From Octopus vulgaris (lineage: Eukaryota), in assembly GCA_951406725.2 (NCBI GenBank), contig OX597815.1, positions 165,788,001 through 165,852,000 of the forward strand: a stretch of 64,000 bases of DNA, in the 5' to 3' direction. Numbering within the stretch: position 1 is the first letter of the stretch; each line of letters starts with the position of its first letter. Of the stretch, positions 53,696 through 64,000 are shown one piece after another. The position numbers and the translations under genes are program-made. The notes beneath the pieces were generated by a model. The model saw only the letters and a list, made by a program, of their open reading frames with translations, searched no databases and had not been told where the DNA came from.

Positions 53696-55328
53696 GCTAG
53701 GCAAAATACTTAAGTGGTATTTTGTCTGTCTTTACATTCCAAGTTCAAATTCCACCATGGTCAACTTTGCCTTTCATCCTTTCGGGTTCGATGAAATAAG
53801 TACCAGCTGAGTGCTTGAGTCAATGTAATCAACTATTTCCCTTCCCCAAGTTTCAGGCCTTGTACCTATAGCAGAAAGGATTACTAAACAACATAAAAGC
53901 GGCAAACTAGCAGAATTGTTAGCACACTAGACAAAAAGCTTAGCAGTATATTGTCTGCCTTTAAGTTCTGAGGTAAAATCCTGCCGAGGATGACTTTGCC
54001 TTTCATCCTTTCAGGTTTGATAAAATAAGTACCAGTTGAGCATTGTAATTGATGTAACAAACTTAACCCCTCCATGAAATTGCTGGCTTTGTGCCGAAAT
54101 TTGAAATCATTATTAACCCTTTAGCATTCATATTGTTGTGTCAAATGTAATGATTATTTATTCATGCTGTTTTGAATTAATTAAGCATTATCTCATTACT
54201 TCGAGATTTCAATGTTGTGATTATTTATTTTTGGAATGACATTTTAAGTAGGTATGAGAGGCTGAACCTGTCCAGTTTGAATACAAAAAAAGATAGACTA
54301 TTTTGGCTAAATATCCTCTTTTACTCTTTCTTTTTTTTTTTTTTTTTAACTTGTTTCAGTCAATTGGCTGCAGCCATGCTGGTGCATCACCTTTAGCCGA
54401 GCAAATCGACCCCAGGAATTATATTTTGTAAGCCTTGTGGTTATTCTATCGGTCTTTTTTGCTGAACTGCTAGTTTACGGGGACGTAAACACACCAGCAT
54501 TGGTTGACAAGTGATGGTGGGGGTATTAACACAGACACACAAACATATACACACACATACATATATATATATATATACGACAGGCTTCTTCCAGTTTCTG
54601 TCTACCAAATCCACTGACAAAGCTTTAGTCAGCCCAAAGCTATAGTAGAAGACACTTGCCCAAGATGCCACGCAGTGGGACTGGGGTTTATTTATTGACC
54701 AGTTTAAATGCTAAACAGTTAAGCAACATCAACTAAATTCAATAAATATCTAGATTTTAATAGTAGCAGCTTGAGCTGTTGTGTTTGTATATAAAGTATA
54801 TTTTGTAACTCAACCACTTGTTCATAAGCCATTAAGAGTGGTGGTATTCGTAAACAGTGAGGTACCCACTTGACACGATAGATCACCCAGTATGGTGTTT
54901 TACTGTGACAGAGTAACTAAATTACAATAAATAAATCTCAGTCAGTTTTGATGATGAGTATTCACTTGTTCAATCAACTGAAGTACCTCAACTGAAGTAT
55001 TAATAGATTATTAGACAGTGAGCTAAAAAAAGAAGACGACTTGAGGACAGCTTTAAATAAGTGTATTAGTTTAACACTTAGAAGGAAGGGTTAGAGAGAG
55101 AAAGTGTGTGAGTGTGCTTGTGCATTTGTGTGTGTAACTGGAATAAACAGGACAAGGGGAGACAGTGGGACAGAGAGTCACTGATGAGATCACAGATGTG
55201 TGGCAAAAAAAACTTTGACAAATGTATATACTAAAAATTATCTGAACAAAAACTGCTATGCTACAGGGATGTAAACAAACCAACACCAGTTGTCAAGTAG
55301 AGTGATAAATATATGCTATGTATATATG

Positions 55329-55378
<50 letters not shown>

Positions 55379-55674
55379 ATTAGAGATAAAACCACTATTA
55401 GGCAACTCAAACAGTGATAGACATAAACCAAAACATAAAAAACAAAAAATAAATATAATTAATATATATATGTAAAAATTTATGTATACACACACATAAA
55501 TTTTTACATATTTACATATAAATATATTTATAGATACATATATAAAATTTTACATAAATATGTATATATATATGTATATGTAAAAATTTATGTATGTGTA
55601 TATATGTATACACACACACATTAATTTTTACATATTTACATATAAATATATTTATATATACACATATAAAATTT

Positions 55675-55719
<45 letters not shown>

Positions 55720-56015
55720 GAACGTTGGACCTCACAGAAGCAATGACAAATGACTGAGACCTTCAGCAACATGCCATGTTTGAGTAGAAGACCCATCAAA
55801 CCAAGTGAAATCATAGTCATGGCAGATACCAGTGGCATGTAAAAGGACTCATTACACTCTCGGAGTGGTTGGCATTAGGAAGGGCATCCAGCCATAGGAA
55901 CCATGCCAAATCAGACTGGAGTCTGGTGCAGCCCCTCACTCCTCAACTTGCCAGCCCTGGTCAAACTGTCCGACCCATATCAGCATGGACAACAGATGTT
56001 AAATGATGATGCTGA
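55720..56015 (+). mobile_element. SINE/LINE 3' module ending in (GAT)n (RTE-like tail); second copy at about 62480-62995
   Basis: Shared ggttggcattaggaagggcatccagcc...gcatggacaacagatgttaaatgatgatg. Confidence 0.65.
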
Positions 56016-56022
56016 TTATATA

Positions 56023-56098
<76 letters not shown>

Positions 56099-56189
56099 AG
56101 ACTTTTCCATTTTTCTTGAGCATCAAACTAATACACTTGCTTGTTGTTCCTACACCTGTGTTCATCTTTGAACTAATACACACACACAC

Positions 56190-56891
<702 letters not shown>

Positions 56892-57589
56892 CAGTACTGT
56901 GCAAAAGTCTTCAGCCACTTTAAACTATTGTAAATTTCTACTAATTGGCAACTTATGAGATTTTTCAGCATGGCAGAGCTCTGTGCTACAGATTGCGTGC
57001 AACACAACACAGTCTAGCTGATGCAGGTGTTACCATATTGAAAGATTGGCCAGCTCAGAGCTCTGACTTAAATATCATGGAGTAAATGTGGACAGAACTA
57101 AAGATAAGAGTTTGTCAGAAGAATCCATGCTATCTTGTAGAGTTGTGGAAGCTCAGCCACAGAGAATGGCATCTCATACCTGTGAAGATGGTGAAGGATT
57201 TGTACACATCTCTTCCTATGTACATTGAAGAAGTTATTCAAGCTAAGGGAAGCCACATAAAATATTAACAATGTACAATAACTTCTTGAAATGAACATTA
57301 TGTTATAAATTTTCATTATAGACATTTTTCTGTTTTAAAACAATGTATCTTGATTGTTTTATATGAGGTGGCTGAAAACTTTTGCACGGCCATTTTTGGT
57401 GGTCATCTCACATCTTCCCCTCTCATTCAAAAACCCTACTACAAAGTATAATGATTAGGTATAGAAATGACTCCAACAGGGTCAATGTTTCATCTGTAAA
57501 AAATGCAATGCGAAACATTCACTTATAATTTGGCAATTAATAGAAATTTACAATAGTTTAAACTGGCTGAAGACTTTTTCATGGTGCTG
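56892..57589 (+). mobile_element. Internally deleted Tc1-like element of IR/DR type
   Basis: TA-flanked inverted ends matching over ~65 bp (cagtactgtgcaaaagtcttcagcca); inner repeat at ~57368-57390; residual WPAQSSDLNIME*MW...AKGSHIKY*. Confidence 0.85.
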
Positions 57590-57663
57590 TATATACAACA
57601 GGCCTCCATATAGTTTCTGTCTACCAAATTCATTCATAAGGCATTGGTTGGCCCAAGGCTATA

Positions 57664-57978
57664 AGGATAAACATTGCCCTTTTCAAGCCTAGCCAGGCTC
57701 ATAAACCCGGTTTCCCGGTTTCCGTGGCATATGTGTTCCCCCCAGCTGGGTGGGGGTGCCAGTCCATCGCAGCGTTACTCAACAAACAGGAAGAGAGAGT
57801 GAGAGAAAGTTGTGGCAAAAGAGTACAACTGGGGTCGCCACCACCCCTTGCCGGAGCCTCATGGAGCTTTTAGGTATTTTCGCTCAATAAACACACACAA
57901 CACCCGGTCTGGGAATCGAAACTGCGATCCTCCGACCGCGAGTCCGCTGCCCTAACCACTGGGCCATTGCGCCTCCAC
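57664..57978 (-). mobile_element. SINE with family C head and a different 3' module, nested in a family A SINE
   Basis: 16-bp TSD ttggcccaaggctata at 57648-57663 and 57979-57994. Confidence 0.85.
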
Positions 57979-59479
57979 TTGGCCCAAGGCTATATTAGAA
58001 GACATTTGCTCAAGGTGATGTGACCGAACCCAAAACTTCATGATTGCAAAGCAAGCTTTTTAGCCACACAGCCACACCTGCATCTAAAAATAGAAATTAA
58101 ATATAAATTCAAATTCGTTTCTATAATGTAATTTAAGTGGAGCATTTCATTTAGAAAATATTAACTGTAACATTATATTCCTAATGCTGATATGTTTCTA
58201 TGAAGTAATCTTTGCTAATCTTTGAAATGAATATATTCAGTTTTATCTTTACTACTGCTGCCTCCAACACTATCACCACCATCACCATCACATGGTTAAG
58301 AAGTTCGCATCCACATCACATGGATTCAGGTTAATCCTGCAGCATTTAAACTGGTTATATCTGGCTAAAATATTCTATCTGTTTTTATGTTCTAACCAGC
58401 CAGATCCAGCCTGTCACACCTACCCTTTGATGTCATTATAAAATATACAATCACATCATCAAAATTTCAAAGCTACAAAATAATGCATAATTAATTAAAA
58501 ACAATTTGAATGAAAAGTATTACATTTGACAGAATAATTTGAATGCTAGAGGGTTAAGTTTGCCTCCACACCACATGGTTAAGTTTGCACCCACATCACA
58601 TGGTTAAGCTTGCATCCACACCACATGGGTTCAAGTTAAGTTCCACTGCATGGCATCTTGGGCAAGTGTCTTCTACTATAGGTCTGGGCCATTCAAATCC
58701 TTGTCAGTAGATGTGTGTGTGCATGCATGTGTGTGTGTGTGTGTGTGTTCTTGTCTTGACATCACACTGTAGATGAGTGTCACTATCATATAAGCAATGT
58801 CCTTCCATTCCCAATCTTCTGCAAAAACATGTCTAGCCATGGGGAAATATTACAGTGCTTAGAAACGGGTGAGGATTGGTAACAGGAAAGGCATCTGTTG
58901 TGGAAAATCTGCCTCAACAAATTTCATCTGACCCACGTGTGTGTGTCTTTGTTGGTTTGTTTACATCCCTGTAACTTAGTGGTTCAGCAGATCAGTCCAA
59001 TAGAGCTCGTACCAGACTTAAAAATAAGTACTGGGGTTGCTAGTTTGACTAAACCCTTCAAGGTGGCACCCCAGCATGGCTGCAGTACAATGACTGAAAC
59101 AAGTAAGGGATAAAAGATAAAGATACAAGCAAGCAAGCATGCATATACATACTTACATACATACATACAAACAAAAATACCCTGTTGTTGATGTTGAAAT
59201 TCCAATGAAGGAGCCTTGAATCTAGGTTAGAAACCAGCTCTTTCTCTATTGGCAAGAAATCTTGAAATAAAACTGAATAATGACACACACATACACACAA
59301 ATGCACATATACATACATACATATATGTATGCATTTATGCCTTGATTAATTAAGGGTACAAATGTCTATGGAATATTCAGCCACTGACGAACCAATTTAA
59401 TGTGTACAAAGTTCAGTTGATCACAAAACTGGAACCTCATCCTTGAAACTGCAGGAGATTTCCTTTACTTTTACTTCAT

Positions 59480-59885
59480 ATGTTTCAGTCATTTGACTGC
59501 GGCCATGCTGGAGTACCACCTTTAGCTGAGCAAATTGACTCCAGGGCTTATTCTTTTGAAGCCTAGTACTTATTCTATCGGTCCCTTTTGCCAGACCGCT
59601 GAGTTACGGGGACGTAAACACACCAGCATCGGTTGTCAAGTGATGTTGGGGAGACAAACACAGATACTCAAACATATAAACACACACACACATATATATA
59701 TACACACATGTATATACGACTGGCTTCTTTCAGTTTCTGTCTACCAATTCCACTCACAAGGCTTTGGTTGGCCTGAGGCTATAGTAGAAGACACTTGCCC
59801 AAGGTGCCATGCAGTGGGAATGAACCTGAAACCATGTGGTTCGTAAGCAAGCTACTTACCACACAGCCACTTGTGCACCTGCATG
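59480..59885 (-). mobile_element. SINE family A, full length
   Basis: As above. Confidence 0.8.
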
Positions 59886-61097
59886 TGTATAATATATGTT
59901 TTTTGTGCATAAATCTATATTTCTCTGTCTGTCTGTCAGTCAATCAATCAATCATATGTATTTATGTTTGTATGTATGTGTATTGTCATTATCATCTTCA
60001 TAGTTTTGCTGTCCACTTTTCCATGCATGCATGAATTGAAAGGAGTTCGCTGTGGTAGATTTTCTATGGCAAGATATGCTTCTTGATGTTTCATTCCAGT
60101 TCACAAGTGAAATATTGCAAGCTTGTTCTCATAGCTATTGAATACTGAAACCAAGAGCATGAACAAGATCAATAATCATCTCATTTTAACCCTTTTTATA
60201 CCAACCTAGTTCATACTGCTCCTAGTTCTATGTTACAAACTTCTTGTTTTAAAGTGATCTAAATTAAACCCTTCCACCAAAATAACATGTTAACTTTTGT
60301 TCCAAACACCAGCTTAACCCTCTGGCATTTAAAAAAAGTTATACTCAATCTAAATATATCTACCTCTTTTATGTTCAAACTGGTCAGATCTGGCCTCTTA
60401 CATCTACTCTATAATGTTATTTTAAAAACAAGCAACCACATCATCAAAATCTCAAAGCTATGAGATAATGCTTGATTGATTCAAAGCAATATGAACAAAT
60501 AAGCATTATCTATCTGACAGAGTATTCTGAGTGCCAAAGAGTTATCTTACTAAATCCTGTATTATTTTCTAAAGTAATTGAAATAAAGGTGGTGTATTTC
60601 AACAGAAATATGATAACAAAAGACTTAAGCAAGATAGCTCATTCCCTTTGTTTAAGAGTGTGGGTGAGATTTGACTGCTTTTTTAAACAAATCACAGTTA
60701 GAATAAGAATGGCAATATACATGTTTTGTTTGAGAACACATAAAAATGCTGAGATTTTCAGTCCAACTGTAACATGCTGTCTTTCATAGTGATTCACAAA
60801 AGAAGACACACTAGTTAATTGTTTGGACTAAGCTGTGAATTAGGATATTGCAAACCTTTCCTACGGTGTTACAAACAATAATGGACAGGTCACATTCTCA
60901 GACGCAAGTTGTAAAATTCATTAAAAATTGTACTTCATAGATTGAATCTATTTTTATATAACCAAGAGAACAAGTCAATAAAATAATGAGGAGAATAAAG
61001 AAAATAGTTTAAACCCTTTTGATACAAACCTGTCTGAAATAATGACAAAGTTATTTTACTAATTTGTTCATTATTTTCAAAATTAATTAAAGCAAAG

Positions 61098-61510
61098 CCA
61101 GGAGTGGCGGTGTAGTAAGTAGCTGGCTTACCAACCACATGGTTCTGGGTTCAGTCCCACTGCGTGGCATCTTGGGCAAGTGTCTTCTACTATAGCCTCG
61201 GGCCGACCAATGCCTTGTGAGTGGATTTGGTAGACGGAAACTGAAAGAAGCCTGTCGTATATATGTATATATGTATATATATATGTGTGTGTGTATGTTT
61301 GTGTGTCTGTGTTTGTCCCTCCAACATTGCTTGACAACCGATGCTGGTGTGTTTGCGTCCCCGTACTTAGCGGTTCGGCAAAAGACACCGATAGAATAAG
61401 TACTGGGATTACATAAGAATAAGTCCTGGGGTCGATTTACTCGACTAAAAGATGGTGCTCCAGCATGGCCACAGTCAAATGATTGAAACAAGTAAAAGAG
61501 TAAAGAGTAT
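61098..61510 (+). mobile_element. SINE family A, full length
   Basis: As above. Confidence 0.82.
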
Positions 61511-61999
61511 GTTTCAACAGAAATATGATAAAAAAAAGGGTTAAAGTGACTGTACTTTGGTTAGATTGGTAGAAAAAAAAAAGATTCTATGACACTTTAC
61601 CAGAAGCTTGCAGTAGTGTGAAGCTACTCTAGTTTCTATGAATGATTACTGATAGATGCACAAGCCTTAGAAACTACAGTCTAAAAGTCATATGATTTAA
61701 CATTTTTTATGTAATGATAAAAGTCAAATAAATTGTTATATTTGGGGATGGTCATCTTTGGCCAGTTAAAAATATGCACTGTTTATTTGATCTTCACTTT
61801 AGCTTTGTTATTATCATTATTAGAGCTTTCTCATCACACATTCTGTGACTTCTTCAATGACTCTCTGTACCAAATGACTCCTCAATGAAAAAAATAACCA
61901 TCCCTAAATATAATGGTTTCAAATTTTTCCACAAGGGCAGCCATTTGGGGAGAAGGGATGCATGGATTACATCAACCCCAGTGATCAACTAGTATTTAA

Positions 62000-62268
62000 C
62001 CATTTTGTTACCAACCTGGCTGAAACTGGCTCTGGCTCTGAGTACAAATGTCTTGTTTTCATAAGTTTTGAATTAAAATCTTCCACCAAACTTTAGTCAC
62101 AATTTATGTTCCTAACACATGTTGAATGATAACTAAGTTATTTTACTAAATTCTTTGTTATATTTAAAGTAATTGAAAGAAACATAGAGCATCTCAAATT
62201 ATATTGTTATATTTTAAGTAATTGAAAGAAACACAGAGCATCTCAAATTAAATACAGTAACGAAAGGG
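62000..62268. mobile_element. TTAA-specific (piggyBac-like) MITE inserted in a SINE
   Basis: TTAA duplicated at 61996-61999 and 62269-62272; TIR ccattttgttac / gtaacgaaaggg; splits the host SINE at its TTAA. Related ttaaccc ends occur near 54115, 58555, 60187, 60314, 61010 and 61540. Confidence 0.7.
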
Positions 62269-63079
62269 TTAATTTATCAACTCTGAAAAGACAAAAGGCA
62301 AAGTTGACCTTGACAGAATTTGAACTCAGCAGCAGACGAAATACCGCTAAGCATTTCACCTGCTAACGATTCTGCCATCTTGCTGCCTACTATCCCTAAA
62401 TATAACATCTGTTTCAACACATGATTTCACGTCAAGAATCTTGCGAAACAGATACACAATTATATCAAATGAATTACCGTGACATATTTGCTATGTATTC
62501 AGACTCTGGGCCTCACTGAGGAAATGACAACAGACCAGGAGATGTGACAATCTGCTGTACTTATTAAGACACATCAAGCTAAGTAAAATCATTGTCTTCA
62601 ACACATACAGGCTTGTCCTTTCAGGTGTGGGTGCTACTTGAAAAGTGCTGACGCTGTGTTAATGCAACCATGCCAGTGGCATGTAAAAAGCACCCAGCAC
62701 ATTCTGTTAAGTGGTTGGTGCTAGGAAGGGCATCCAGCCATAGAAACCATACATTAACAGACAGCTGGAGTCTGGATGGCTCCCTTCTAGTCCACTCCAT
62801 GCCAGACCTTCCAACCCAGATGTAAAAGCATCCATTACACTCCCAGAATGGTTGGCATTAGGAAGGGCATCCAACCATGGAAAACCATGCCAAATCAGAC
62901 TGGATCCTGGTGCAGCCTTCCAGCATGCCAGCCCAGTCAAACCGTCCAACCCGTGCCAGCATGGACAACAGATGTTAAATGATGATGATGATGATGTTGA
63001 AACAGTTGTGTATGTCCATATTTTAATCTGAGTAAACCTATTTACACATACTCACATTTTGATATCAGCCTGAGTAAAA

Positions 63080-63240
63080 AGTAAGCAACGTTTTGAAACA
63101 TGAAATTCATCACAATATATTTCAGCAATGTAGAAATTTTATTCATCAAAGTAAGAACCATTACAATCAACACGTTTTTGCCAATGAGTTACAAGTTTGT
63201 TTATTCCAGTAACATAAAAATCTGGAGTTCTGGAGCTAAT
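63080..63240 (-). mobile_element. mariner 3' remnant
   Basis: Minus-strand FYVTGINKLVTHWQKRVDCNGSYFDE*. Confidence 0.75.
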
Positions 63241-63753
63241 GAACTCTTTGACACTCTCAGTCTCTGACAGGCTTCTGCGCAGCTTCACTCTTTGAAATTC
63301 ACTTATAAGGCATTAGTTGTCCTGGTGCGGTAGTAGAAGACACTTGCCCAAAGTGCTGTGCAATGGGACTGAAACTGAAATCACCTGGTTGCGAAGTGAG
63401 CTTCTTAATCACTTAACCACTCAACCATGCCTGCACCTATAAGCTTCTATATTTCTCTGTTAAATGATCATCGTTCTTATGACCTATTTTTCCATACTGG
63501 TATGGCTTGGATTAATGGACACAAGATCACCTCCTCCAGTGCCCCCTTCCTTCTCAAAGGATCTTTGTCTTGCTAGTTACTTGGTCACCCTGCCAGCAAG
63601 AGAGAGAGATCTGTATGTATATATATATATATATTGGTAAAAACGGTAAGATAACAAAAGAAAGAAAGAGACCTCAATATTATGTAAATAGAGGAAATTT
63701 ATCTATAAAATAATATGTTACATTTACTCAATAGTCAAGATAAAACTCTGGCC

Positions 63754-63816
63754 AGATAACCGAAGAGATGGTGTTGTGGATTTCCACTTCGGCATCTGAA
63801 ACTCAGAGTTTTATCT
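63754..63816 (+). ncRNA. Hammerhead-like motif at the centre of fold-back element 63704-63850
   Basis: agataa-CCGAAGA-gatg...gtgga tt tccac...catc t-GAAAC-tcaga-GTT-ttatct: 6-bp helix I, extended helix II, helix III actc/gagt; U4C core variant. Confidence 0.65.
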
Positions 63817-63841
63817 TGACTATTGAGTAAATGTAACATAT

Positions 63842-63890
<49 letters not shown>

Positions 63891-64000
63891 CTATTATACA
63901 AAATCCGTTCTGTCTGTGTATGTGTCTTCTAGGATCTCAGGCATCCTCCACCTGATTGCGCTCAAATTTGATTTTTTTTTCTTATTTCATCTAGTTTCAG

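Overview
AT-rich, microsatellite-dense animal genomic DNA. The SINE families point to an octopus or other coleoid cephalopod (inference). Two host genes lie on the + strand. (1) The 3' part of a polycystin-1-family (PKD1L2/PKDREJ-like) gene: 8 exons (94-264, 4156-4316, 6653-7379, 11532-11652, 13623-13870, 16705-16882, 19564-19811, 27080-28072) that splice at GT-AG sites in a consistent frame to 948 aa (PLAT domain, TM2-5, TOP domain, 6-TM PKD channel); its 5' end is outside the window. (2) The first coding exon of zinc transporter ZIP11/SLC39A11 (50142-50249), which the ORF track misses. The rest is mostly mobile DNA: several tRNA-derived SINE families, (TAA)n-embedded Dong/R4-type retrotransposon fragments plus a ~555-bp non-coding companion, a decayed RTE LINE, a pogo transposon with TIRs, Tc1/mariner remnants and MITEs. 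The most striking unannotated signal is a set of minimal hammerhead-ribozyme-like motifs from several unrelated families. Most sit in (TA)n-associated fold-back elements whose inversion point lies at or near the ribozyme, consistent with Penelope-like/retrozyme elements. All motif calls were made by eye and need computational confirmation.
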